Positions 46,424 through 56,048 of a DNA stretch of 64,000 bases are shown here, piece by piece. Numbering within the stretch: position 1 is the first letter of the stretch; each line of letters begins with the position of its first letter. This DNA is from Candidatus Amulumruptor caecigallinarius. Its GTDB lineage: Bacteria > Bacteroidota > Bacteroidia > Bacteroidales > Muribaculaceae. A model generated the notes under the pieces. The model was not told the DNA's origin and did no database searches. It saw only the letters and a list, made by a program, of their open reading frames with translations. Made by a program: the position numbers and the translations under genes. The stretch covers positions 11,430-75,429 of the forward strand of contig JAMPDQ010000004.1 of the NCBI GenBank assembly GCA_023665575.1, given 5' to 3'.

Positions 46424-47803
46424 ATGAAAATAGCACACGCACTTATTCTCATTTCTGTAAGCATCGCATTTACCGGCATTGCCGCGAATGCGTCGTCAAT
46501 TTTACCCGATTCCCTTACTTATCCGGAAGAGATTAATCTTGACAAGCTTATACGCAACACACACATCTTCGCACCATCATCGGAGGTGAGGCAGTTTTCC
46601 GACACAACGGCAACACCACAACCGCAAAATCCGGTGAGCCACAAGGATTCACTATATAAACTGATAGGAAGATTCTATGCCGATCAGTTCAGGAATTTTC
46701 AAGATCCCAAGGCGCCTTATTTCATGTTCATGAGTAAGAATGCCGATCTGGCAATGGGAATCGGAGGCGTGGTGAGGCTGCGGGGCTGGTATGGCTGGAA
46801 CGGAGCTCTTAATGCCAACGGCTTCTCGCCATATCTTATTCCGATTCCAAAAGATCCTGCCGACAAGCATGAGCTCAACGGCACACCGGCCGGGACTGCA
46901 CTATATTTCACACTGATGGCGCACAGAGACAATATAGGATATTTCAACGCATATGTGGAAGGAAATTTCAATGGCTACCAACATACTGACTTCAAGCTAA
47001 AGAAGGCATATGTCACTCTTAACGATCTCACAATAGGCTATGCATCATCAACATTCTGCGATCCGGGAGCGACAGCGCCAACGATTGATGGTGCCGGGCC
47101 CAACGGAAAAATCGACCGCTCCAATCTGCTGGTGAGATATATGCATACACTTAAAGACAGATGGATAGTTGGCGCGAGCTTCGAATTTCCCAAAAGCTAT
47201 ATTGATGCTGTAGAGGGATACTCAGAGAAATGCACAGACTATATACCCGACATCGCCGCCATGGCCCAATATCAATGGGACAGCGGTCTGAGTCATATCC
47301 GTGTGAGCGGTCTGCTCAGGGTGATGACCTACAGAGACCTGCTTGAGCAAAAGAATAAAAATGTTGTAGGGTGGGGCGCGATGCTTTCCGGACGCATAAA
47401 AATATTCCGCCCCCTGTCGCTCTATTTCTCAGGTGCATTCGGGCATGGCCAGGGATCTTATCAGGGCGACCTGAACATAGGCAACTATGATCTTGTGCCT
47501 TATCTTGACAATCCATCCAAACTTTATGCCCCGAAATCCGTAGGACTCACTTTCGGTGCAAGATATTTCATCCGCAACAACATATACGCCTGTCTCGCCT
47601 ACGGATATTCGAGATATTTCCGCAAAGAGAATGTTTCCGATAATGAATATAAATATGGGATGTATGGAGCTGTCAATATCTTCTGGGATATAGCTCCCCG
47701 CATACAGATTGGCGCGGAATATCTGATTGGCCATCGTGCCAACTTCAACGGAATGCATGCCGGCGCCGACCGTGTCGACGCACTGTTTCAATTCAGTTTC
47801 TGA
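46424..47803 (+). CDS. Outer-membrane beta-barrel, porin-like (possibly DcaP-like)
   Basis: Start at MKIAHALILISVS... (signal peptide). Alternating beta pattern. C-terminal ...ALFQFSF. The listed start at 46385 (MKQTL) lies inside the repeat end. Confidence 0.6.
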   Translation: MKIAHALILISVSIAFTGIAANASSILPDSLTYPEEINLDKLIRNTHIFAPSSEVRQFSDTTATPQPQNPVSHKDSLYKLIGRFYADQFRNFQDPKAPYFMFMSKNADLAMGIGGVVRLRGWYGWNGALNANGFSPYLIPIPKDPADKHELNGTPAGTALYFTLMAHRDNIGYFNAYVEGNFNGYQHTDFKLKKAYVTLNDLTIGYASSTFCDPGATAPTIDGAGPNGKIDRSNLLVRYMHTLKDRWIVGASFEFPKSYIDAVEGYSEKCTDYIPDIAAMAQYQWDSGLSHIRVSGLLRVMTYRDLLEQKNKNVVGWGAMLSGRIKIFRPLSLYFSGAFGHGQGSYQGDLNIGNYDLVPYLDNPSKLYAPKSVGLTFGARYFIRNNIYACLAYGYSRYFRKENVSDNEYKYGMYGAVNIFWDIAPRIQIGAEYLIGHRANFNGMHAGADRVDALFQFSF

Positions 47804-47826
47804 TGCCTCGGCACACCGGAATGTGG

Positions 47827-47851
47827 CTCACTGCAACAAAATTGCAGTGAG
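47827..47851 (+). terminator. Rho-independent terminator after the porin-like gene
   Basis: CTCACTGCAA-caaaa-TTGCAGTGAG followed by a T-rich run. Confidence 0.7.
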
Positions 47852-48009
47852 TTATATTTATTTAAATGTTTTATCAGTCAAAAAATTATGAATCGGGCAG
47901 CAATTGTTGTATCTTTGCATTATAACAAAGAGAGAATGATTTCCGGCATAAACTGATATGTCACATATAATCATTAACATTATAAGTAAGAAAGATAAAC
48001 CGACATATG

Positions 48010-48100
48010 TTTAAGGCTCCATAAAAAATCCAACATTAGGGAGCGCATGCATAGCCTAATGTTAATTTTTTATAACACAGACCCTTAAAACAGACTCTTA
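48010..48100. mobile_element. Minimal MITE-like copy: two terminal repeats back-to-back, plus a duplicated tip
   Basis: TTTAAGGCTCCATAAAAAATCCAACATTAGGGAGCGCATGCATAGCCTAATGTTAATTTTTTATAACACAGACCCTTA, then AAACAGACTCTTA. Located 24 nt upstream of recA. Confidence 0.7.
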
Positions 48101-48123
48101 AAACAGAAAAATAAGAATAAGAT

Positions 48124-49326
48124 ATGGCAACAAAAAAGAAGGCAGCCCCCGCTGCAGCATCCAGAATCTCCGACAAGGAGGAAAAACTGAAAGCTCTTGA
48201 TGTGACAATGGCGCATCTTGAGAAGGATTTCGGTGCCGGGACAGTGATGCGTCTCGGTGATGATGCCGTGCAGGATATTGAGACAATATCCACCGGCTCT
48301 CTCGGACTTGACTATGCTCTCGGTGTGGGAGGACTTCCCCGCGGCCGCATCACAGAGATATTCGGGCCGGAATCGTCGGGTAAGACCACACTCGCAATTC
48401 ATGTGATTGCCGAAGCCCAAAAAAAGGGTGGCATATGCGCGATTATTGATGCCGAGCATGCCTTTGACCGTTTCTATGCCGAGAAACTCGGTGTTGATGT
48501 AAACAACCTCTGGCTTGCCCAGCCTGACAATGGAGAGCAGGCTCTCGATATAGCCGAACAGCTAATCAACTCCGGAGCAATCGATGTGCTTGTGATCGAC
48601 TCCGTGGCCGCCCTGACACCAAAAGCGGAGATAGAGGGTGAGATGGGCGACAAGAATGTTGGCCTGCATGCCCGCCTCATGTCGCAGGCAATGCGCAAGC
48701 TCACCGGGACAATCTCCCGAACACGCACATGCTGCATCTTTATCAACCAGATTCGCGAGAAAATCGGTGTGATGTTCGGAAGTCCGGAAACCACCACCGG
48801 TGGTAATGCCCTGAAATTCTACGCATCTGTGCGAATCGATATTCGTCCCTCCACATATATAAAAGATGGCGACACGACCATCGGACGACTCACAAAGGTG
48901 AAAGTTGTGAAAAACAAGGTGGCCCCTCCTTTCATGAAAGCCGAATTTGAAATTATGTTTGGCGAGGGTATCTCCAAAGCGGGCGAAATTATTGACCTGG
49001 CAGTGGAACATGGCATAGTGAAGAAATCGGGTGCATGGTTCAGCTATAACGGCTCCAAACTCGGACAGGGTCGGGATGCCGTGAAGCGGGTGATTGCCGA
49101 CAATCCCGAACTTGCGGATGAACTTGCCGCACTGATTCTGGAAAAGATGAAAAGCGAGAAAAGCAGGATGCAATCCGCAGGCAATCCTTTCCTCCCCGGC
49201 AAGGAGACTGTGAAATCAGAAAAAGCCGATGATGAAGATACAACAGGCGATGAGCTTCCGGAAATAGAAACCGGCGATAATGAAGACCTCTTCGGAGATG
49301 ACTTCGATATCGAGATCGAATCCTGA
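48124..49326 (+). CDS. recA: Recombinase RecA (with N-terminal basic and C-terminal acidic extensions)
   Basis: Walker [10 protein letters not shown] and conserved core. The 400-aa length is about 50 aa above the typical ~350 aa. Confidence 0.97.
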   Translation: MATKKKAAPAAASRISDKEEKLKALDVTMAHLEKDFGAGTVMRLGDDAVQDIETISTGSLGLDYALGVGGLPRGRITEIFGPESSGKTTLAIHVIAEAQKKGGICAIIDAEHAFDRFYAEKLGVDVNNLWLAQPDNGEQALDIAEQLINSGAIDVLVIDSVAALTPKAEIEGEMGDKNVGLHARLMSQAMRKLTGTISRTRTCCIFINQIREKIGVMFGSPETTTGGNALKFYASVRIDIRPSTYIKDGDTTIGRLTKVKVVKNKVAPPFMKAEFEIMFGEGISKAGEIIDLAVEHGIVKKSGAWFSYNGSKLGQGRDAVKRVIADNPELADELAALILEKMKSEKSRMQSAGNPFLPGKETVKSEKADDEDTTGDELPEIETGDNEDLFGDDFDIEIES

Positions 49327-49328
49327 AA

Positions 49329-49363
49329 ACAGCCGGGCAAGCTTTGAGAACTTGCCCGGCTGT
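49329..49363 (+). terminator. Rho-independent terminator after recA
   Basis: ACAGCCGGGCAAG-ctttgagaa-CTTGCCCGGCTGT followed by a T/G-rich run. Confidence 0.7.
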
Positions 49364-49423
49364 TGGTTGTTGGTTGATGGCATGAGGAAATCCTGCCCAT
49401 AAACTTTTAACTTTTAAACCATA

Positions 49424-49462
49424 AAATTTCAGCCATAAACCAAAGGTTTATGGCTGAAATTT
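49424..49462 (-). terminator. Hairpin at the 3' end of der
   Basis: AAATTTCAGCCATAAACC-aaa-GGTTTATGGCTGAAATTT. An 18-bp stem that overlaps the der stop codon. Confidence 0.55.
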
Positions 49463-50778
49463 TATTTCTCCCTCATGAAGATTGAAATCGGAGTGCCGTG
49501 GAAATCCCATTTCGCCCTGATTTTATTTTCCAGGAATCTGCGGTAAGGCTCTTTCACCCATTGCGGAAGATTGCAGAAAAACACAAAGGTGGGGATTATT
49601 GCATCCTTCAGCATAGTGATATATTTGATTTTCACAAACTTACCCTTATTGCTTGGCGGCGGAGTTTCGGCTATCTGCTCAAGCATATATGTGTTAAGCT
49701 GCGAGGTGGGTATTGTGCGCCGTCTGTTTTCATAAACTTCAATCGCTGTTTCAAGCACCTTGAAGATTCGTTGCTTTGTGAGAGCCGATGTGAAAATTAT
49801 GGGAAAATCTGTGAAAGGTGCAAATCTTCCCCTAATTGCCTCTTCATATCGCTTTCGGGCGGTGACCGATTTGTCATCGACAAGATCCCATTTATTCACA
49901 CACACCACAAGTCCTTTCTTGTTGCGCTGAATAAGGCTGAAAATGCTCACGTCTTGCCCTTCAATGCCACGAGTGGCATCAATCATCAGAATGCACACAT
50001 CAGAGGCTTCTATGGCCCTTATTGAGCGAATCACAGAGTAATATTCTATATCTTCGCTGACTTTCTGTTTTTTTCTGATTCCGGCAGTATCTACGAGATA
50101 GAAGTCAAAACCGAACTTGTTATAGCGGTGATAAATTGAATCACGCGTTGTGCCGGCGATATCCGTGACAATATGCCGCTCCTCGCCCATAAAGGCATTT
50201 ATAAGAGAGGATTTTCCGGCATTCGGTCGCCCTACAATCGCAAATTTTGCAACATTCTCCTCCGGGACATCATCCGCATCTTTTTCAGGCATGTCTTTTA
50301 CAATCTCGTCGAGCAGATCACCGGTGCCGGCGCCGTTGGCCGACGACACTTCAATCGGATCTCCCAGACCGAAGGAATAAAACTCAGCGGAGTTGAAGCG
50401 TGCATTCCCCACATCCTCCTTGTTTGCAACCACAATCACCGGCTTTTTTGAACGGCGCAAGATTTGAGCCACTTTATCGTCGAGGTCGGTCACTCCGGTG
50501 GTGCAGTCAACCACAAAAAGAATCACATCAGCCTCCTGAATGGCTATATGCACCTGTTTGTTGATTTCCTCTTCAAACACATCGTCGGAATTAACCACCC
50601 AGCCGCCTGTGTCAACGATAGAAAATTCCCGGCCATTCCAGTCTACCTTTCCATACTGCCGGTCGCGAGTGGTGCCGGCCGTATCATCCACTATCGCGCT
50701 GCGGGTCTGCGTCAAACGGTTGAACAATGTGGACTTTCCCACATTTGGCCGTCCTACTATTGCTATCAATCTACTCAT
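49462..50778 (-). CDS. der: Ribosome-associated GTPase Der (EngA)
   Basis: Two G domains with P-loops GRPNVGKST and [10 protein letters not shown]-terminal KH-like domain. Confidence 0.95.
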   Translation of the reverse strand: MSRLIAIVGRPNVGKSTLFNRLTQTRSAIVDDTAGTTRDRQYGKVDWNGREFSIVDTGGWVVNSDDVFEEEINKQVHIAIQEADVILFVVDCTTGVTDLDDKVAQILRRSKKPVIVVANKEDVGNARFNSAEFYSFGLGDPIEVSSANGAGTGDLLDEIVKDMPEKDADDVPEENVAKFAIVGRPNAGKSSLINAFMGEERHIVTDIAGTTRDSIYHRYNKFGFDFYLVDTAGIRKKQKVSEDIEYYSVIRSIRAIEASDVCILMIDATRGIEGQDVSIFSLIQRNKKGLVVCVNKWDLVDDKSVTARKRYEEAIRGRFAPFTDFPIIFTSALTKQRIFKVLETAIEVYENRRRTIPTSQLNTYMLEQIAETPPPSNKGKFVKIKYITMLKDAIIPTFVFFCNLPQWVKEPYRRFLENKIRAKWDFHGTPISIFMREK

Positions 50779-50797
50779 TTCAATTGTATCTTCATTC

Positions 50798-50928
50798 TTT
50801 AGAGTCTGTTTTATAAAGATTCAACATTAGGGGCGGCTTGCTTTTGAGACAATTCATTCAATCTCAGAGGGAGCAACCTACCGATTATGACCATCTCCAA
50901 TGTTGAATTTTTATGAAACAAACACTTA
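50798..50928. mobile_element. MITE-like element, 131-bp copy
   Basis: Left end TTTAGAGTCTGTTTTATAAAGATTCAACATTAGGGGCGGC. Right end CTCCAATGTTGAATTTTTATGAAACAAACACTTA. The interior matches the 23981 copy in the opposite orientation. The era stop codon lies in its last 3 bases. Confidence 0.75.
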
Positions 50929-51861
50929 TTCCTTGTATCCAAATTCGCGCAACTTATTGTCGCGGTTTCTCCAGTCTTTTTCCACCTTCACAAAGAGTTC
51001 GAGATACACTTTTTTACCGAAGAATGTCTCAATGTCGTGGCGAGCGGCCATGCCGACTTTTTTGATTTTTTCGCCACCTTTGCCAATTATGATACCCTTT
51101 TGAGAGTCGCGCTCCACATAGATTACTGCCATGATGTGGATTGCACCCTCTTTTTCATCAAATTTTTCCACAAGCACTTCCGCACTGTAAGGAATCTCCT
51201 TGTCATATTGAAGCAGGAGCTTTTCGCGGATTATTTCTGTCACAAAGAAACGGGCGGGCTTGTCGGTGAGGGCATCCTTGCCGAAGAAGGGAGCAGACAC
51301 AGGGAGCAATTCCACAATGCGCTTCTTCAGATTGTCTACATTGAAATGTTCCAGGGCACTAACGGGGAAAATCTCCGCATTGGGAAGGCGGGTGTGCCAT
51401 TTGTCTACAATAGCATTAAGGTCGGCATTTCCCTTGAGCAGGTCGATTTTATTTATAACCAGCAACACAGGAATCTGTTCCTTTGCCACACGGTCAAGAA
51501 AATCCTTGTTTTTCTCCGGCTCCTCCACTACGTCGGTCACATAAATCAGGACATCTGCATCAGTAAGGGCGCCCTCCGAGAATTCGAGCATTGACTCCTG
51601 CAGCTTATATTTCGGTTTCAGCACGCCGGGGGTGTCGGAATATACAATCTGATATTCGGGAGTATTGACAATGCCCATGATGCGGTGACGCGTTGTCTGC
51701 GCCTTTGATGTGATGATAGAGAGGCGTTCGCCCACGAGATCATTCATCAGTGTTGACTTCCCCACATTGGGATTACCCACAATGTTCACGAATCCGGCGC
51801 GGTGGCCGGATTTTGTTTCCTCCTCTTTAGAGAGTGAGACTGTTCTATCTGTTTCGTTCAT
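50926..51861 (-). CDS. era: GTPase Era
   Basis: P-loop GNPNVGKST and C-terminal KH domain. Start chosen at MNETDR (51861), though the ORF extends to 51900. Confidence 0.93.
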   Translation of the reverse strand: MNETDRTVSLSKEEETKSGHRAGFVNIVGNPNVGKSTLMNDLVGERLSIITSKAQTTRHRIMGIVNTPEYQIVYSDTPGVLKPKYKLQESMLEFSEGALTDADVLIYVTDVVEEPEKNKDFLDRVAKEQIPVLLVINKIDLLKGNADLNAIVDKWHTRLPNAEIFPVSALEHFNVDNLKKRIVELLPVSAPFFGKDALTDKPARFFVTEIIREKLLLQYDKEIPYSAEVLVEKFDEKEGAIHIMAVIYVERDSQKGIIIGKGGEKIKKVGMAARHDIETFFGKKVYLELFVKVEKDWRNRDNKLREFGYKE

Positions 51862-52012
51862 AACGCATGTGTTTTCATGGTGGCGCAAAGCGTCGCCCAA
51901 CTCTTACATGAGAGCTTTCTTTACTTTTAAACTATGCGGAGAAACTTTTTGTTCATAAACCACAAGAAGGGCATCGGAATTCTCTGATGCCCTTCTTGTG
52001 ATGATAAAGACC

Positions 52013-53005
52013 TTATTTGGAGTCCAGACTCCATATAAGATACATTGCTCCCCAAGTGAAACCGGCTCCGAAGGCCGTCATTATGATTTTGTCGCCCTTG
52101 TGGAGTTTGTTCTTATATTCATCGAGACAAAGCGGGATTGAGGCCGCGGAGGTGTTACCATAGTGCTGGATGTTAACAAGCGTCTTCTCTTCCGGGATTT
52201 TGATTCGGCCGCCCACAGCTTCGATGATACGGAGATTGGCCTGATGCGGAACAAACCAGTCAATGTCGTCAACAGTCAGGTTATTGCGTTTCATCACCGA
52301 CTGCGAGGAAGACAACATGTCGCGCACGGCGTTTTTATAAACAATTCTACCCTCTTGATAAACGAAATGCTCACGATTGTCCACAGTTTCATGGCTTGCG
52401 CTTCGCGCCGAGCCGCCCGCCTTCATAAGAAGGTGAGGAAGCCCCGAGCCGTCGACATGAAATTCACCGTCGACAATGCCTTCAGGCTCATCAGTCGGCT
52501 CAATAAGCAAGGCAGCCGCGCCATCGCCGAATAGGGGGCATGTGGCCCGGTCTTCATAGTCGGTCATGCTCGACATTTTCTCAGCGGCGACAACGATGAT
52601 GCGTTTGTAAAGGCCGCTGCTTATATAAGCGCGAGCCGCCTGCATTGTTACGATAAATCCTGCACATGCCGCCTGAATATCATAACCATATGTATTGGTC
52701 AGACCGGCGTTGTTAAGAATTACCGATGCAGTCGACGGGAAACGATAATCGGGATTGGATGTGGCGCAGAGCAACAGATCCACGCTGTCCTTCTCAATTC
52801 CCGTTTCCTCTATTAGTTTTTCTACAGCTTTCACACCCATATAGCTCGAGCCTTTCGTCGGATCTTTCAGAATCCGGCGTTCCTTGATGCCGACACGCGT
52901 GGTGATCCACTCATCGTTGGTGTCGACCATCTTCGACAACATCTCGTTGTCAAGGATATCCTCGGGCACATAGGATGCGATGCCGCTTATCTTTGCATTT
53001 GGCAT
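52013..53005 (-). CDS. fabH: Beta-ketoacyl-ACP synthase III
   Basis: Active-site region QAACAGF, plus HQAN and GNTSAAS motifs. Confidence 0.95.
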   Translation of the reverse strand: MPNAKISGIASYVPEDILDNEMLSKMVDTNDEWITTRVGIKERRILKDPTKGSSYMGVKAVEKLIEETGIEKDSVDLLLCATSNPDYRFPSTASVILNNAGLTNTYGYDIQAACAGFIVTMQAARAYISSGLYKRIIVVAAEKMSSMTDYEDRATCPLFGDGAAALLIEPTDEPEGIVDGEFHVDGSGLPHLLMKAGGSARSASHETVDNREHFVYQEGRIVYKNAVRDMLSSSQSVMKRNNLTVDDIDWFVPHQANLRIIEAVGGRIKIPEEKTLVNIQHYGNTSAASIPLCLDEYKNKLHKGDKIIMTAFGAGFTWGAMYLIWSLDSK

Positions 53006-53081
53006 TTTGACCTCTTTTGTGCTGTTGCCGGCCTGAAATCAGAGCCGCTTACAGGCGACTGCTGCCGGCTTGATATTTTTC

Positions 53082-53255
53082 TTATTTTTCAATTACCTGT
53101 CTGCCGCGGTAAAAACCACACTCCGGACAGATGTTATGATACACGTGCCATGCGCCGCAGTTGGGGCAAAGTGCGATGGTCGGTATGAGGGCCTTGTCGT
53201 GGGTGCGGCGTTTTGCGGTCCGTGTGTGTGATTGTCTGCGTTTAGGATGTGCCAT
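53082..53255 (-). CDS. rpmF: 50S ribosomal protein L32
   Basis: Not in the supplied ORF track (57 aa). My translation is MAHPKRRQSHTRTAKRRTHDKALIPTIALCPNCGAWHVYHNICPECGFYRGRQVIEK. It lies between yceD and fabH, as in the conserved operon. Confidence 0.9.
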   Translation of the reverse strand: MAHPKRRQSHTRTAKRRTHDKALIPTIALCPNCGAWHVYHNICPECGFYRGRQVIEK

Positions 53256-53290
53256 TTTTCTATTTCTTTTTTTAAATTATTACTGATATA

Positions 53291-53800
53291 TTAGTCCTCG
53301 TCTTCCATATCCACATCAACATCAGCCTCCTCGGCTTCAGGATCTCTGTCTCCTCTGTGCTTCCGTAGCGCTTCCAGCATTTCCCGGTTGCATTTGCCGG
53401 GTGCGTGGACATGTCGCAACGGAATGGTAAGCAACAGTGTGTCATACAGAATATAGGCTACGTTCAGATAAGTGTTGCTATAAGGGATCACCAACAGATT
53501 GTCGGCGCCGTCGTCATAATTGTCTCCATATTTCACCACTACATGGTAGTCGGTGTCTACATCGTGATCCATCGGCTCAAGACACCGGTCGCACTGGATT
53601 TGCATACTTCCCTGAAGATGAAACCGACAGTCATACATGTCGTTTTTCTTCACAAGATTAAGATGCACATGCACGTCAGCACCAAGAACGTCAGTGTTCT
53701 CCATATTCTTGAAGAACTCCGTACCAATCTCGAATTCCCGCTCGTAATGTCCGTCGCGCAGACTTGCAAGCTCCACCTTGTATGCTGTAAATTTACCCAT
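53291..53800 (-). CDS. yceD: YceD/DUF177-family protein
   Basis: CDRCLEP motif, acidic C-terminus, and position immediately upstream of rpmF. Confidence 0.8.
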   Translation of the reverse strand: MGKFTAYKVELASLRDGHYEREFEIGTEFFKNMENTDVLGADVHVHLNLVKKNDMYDCRFHLQGSMQIQCDRCLEPMDHDVDTDYHVVVKYGDNYDDGADNLLVIPYSNTYLNVAYILYDTLLLTIPLRHVHAPGKCNREMLEALRKHRGDRDPEAEEADVDVDMEDED

Positions 53801-53911
53801 GAGACATGCAGTTAGCCCACAAAATTAGTTACATTTATCCTATTTTCCAATTTTTTCAACCTTTTTATAGGGCTTTTTGCCGGAACACGATTGTCCCGGC
53901 GATTTGTTTTG

Positions 53912-53983
53912 TACCTCCGAGGGGAATCGAACCCCTATCTAAAGTTTAGGAAACTTCTATTCTATCCGTTGAACTACAGAGGC
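53912..53983 (-). tRNA. tRNA-Arg (anticodon CCU)
   Basis: Hand fold of the reverse complement: acceptor GCCTCTG/CGGAGGT, D arm GTTC/GAAT, anticodon arm GAAGT-TTCCTAA-ACTTT, T arm AGGGG-TTCGATT-CCCCT. 72 nt. Confidence 0.8.
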
Positions 53984-54019
53984 ATCCGGCGAACATGCAG
54001 TGACAGCAGTTCCGGTGCG

Positions 54020-54051
54020 CAAAATTAACAAATAGTTTTGTATTTCGCAAA
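54020..54051 (-). promoter_or_regulatory. Canonical Bacteroidetes promoter for tRNA-Arg (-33 TTTG, 20-nt spacer, -7 TAATTTTG)
   Basis: On the minus strand, TTTG is at 54051-54048 and TAATTTTG at 54027-54020. About 36 nt upstream of the tRNA 5' end. Confidence 0.55.
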
Positions 54052-54101
54052 TTTGCAATTTCATGCACATTTCCGGCCATACAACTTCAATTGAAACAAA
54101 A

Positions 54102-54126
54102 CGGTCACGGCTTATGGCCGTGACCG
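54102..54126 (-). terminator. Rho-independent terminator after gap
   Basis: CGGTCACGGC-ttatg-GCCGTGACCG, followed on the minus strand by TTTTGTTTC. Confidence 0.75.
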
Positions 54127-54149
54127 CATTATTTTGTGTGAACGGAATA

Positions 54150-55163
<1,014 letters not shown>

Positions 55164-55495
55164 TTAAAGAATTTAATATTTGGGTTAAACATTGTTTCTT
55201 CATGTTTTACATGGTTGTTGTCAGACCATGATTTATGCATCTGCCCAAGCCTCCGGAACAGAATTGATTATGTTCAAATTCACGATTTAGTCATTTACTG
55301 AAGACCGACATAATGCAACTATTTGCATAACATGAGTGTTTATGATTTAGATTGCAAAATTACAATTTTTTTTACAATTTTGTGTTGTGTTTAACAAATT
55401 TTATTCAGATTATCGAATTTTGTAACCTGCAATCTACGGATGTGATTTGACACAAAATTTGAAACCACTCATAAACTCATCAACTCAAAACTGAT

Positions 55496-55936
55496 ATGGG
55501 AAAATTTATAGAAGACTTCAAGGCATTTGCCCTGAAAGGAAATGTGATTGACATGGCTGTCGGTGTTATTGTCGGCGGCGCATTCGGGAAAATTGTAACT
55601 TCGCTTGTGAATGACATTCTGATGCCGGTGATCACAATCATCACAGGCAACAGTGGATATGCCAATATGAAATATGTGATTAAAGAAGCAACACCGGCCA
55701 CAGCCGATGGTGTCGCCGCCGCAGAGGAGGTGGCCATCAATTATGGTCTTTTCATTCAAAATATCGTTGACTTCTTTATCATTGCATTGTGCATCTTTAT
55801 CGCGCTTCGCTACACTGTAAGATTCATGAAGAAGGAGAAAGTGGAAGAGGAAGTTCCGGCGTCCGAGCCCACTGCTGAAGAGAAACTTCTCACTCAGATT
55901 CGCGACACCCTTAACGACATTAAAAACAGCAAATAA
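55496..55936 (+). CDS. mscL: Large-conductance mechanosensitive channel
   Basis: FKAFALKGNVIDMAVGVIVGGAFGKIV is the MscL TM1 signature. Confidence 0.95.
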   Translation: MGKFIEDFKAFALKGNVIDMAVGVIVGGAFGKIVTSLVNDILMPVITIITGNSGYANMKYVIKEATPATADGVAAAEEVAINYGLFIQNIVDFFIIALCIFIALRYTVRFMKKEKVEEEVPASEPTAEEKLLTQIRDTLNDIKNSK

Positions 55937-55950
55937 GAAATCCGGATAAA

Positions 55951-55992
55951 AAGCAAGCTCCTGAAGTTGCAGGCAACTCCAGGAGCTTGCTT
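55951..55992. terminator. Long hairpin terminator between convergent mscL and mfd
   Basis: AAGCAAGCTCCTG...CCAGGAGCTTGCTT with an inner stem AGTTGC/GCAACT, followed by TTTTT. Confidence 0.75.
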
Positions 55993-56048
55993 TTTATGGT
56001 TGACAGTTTTGGGTTTAGTGTTTCAGTTCTTTGTTCATTACCCTCAAT

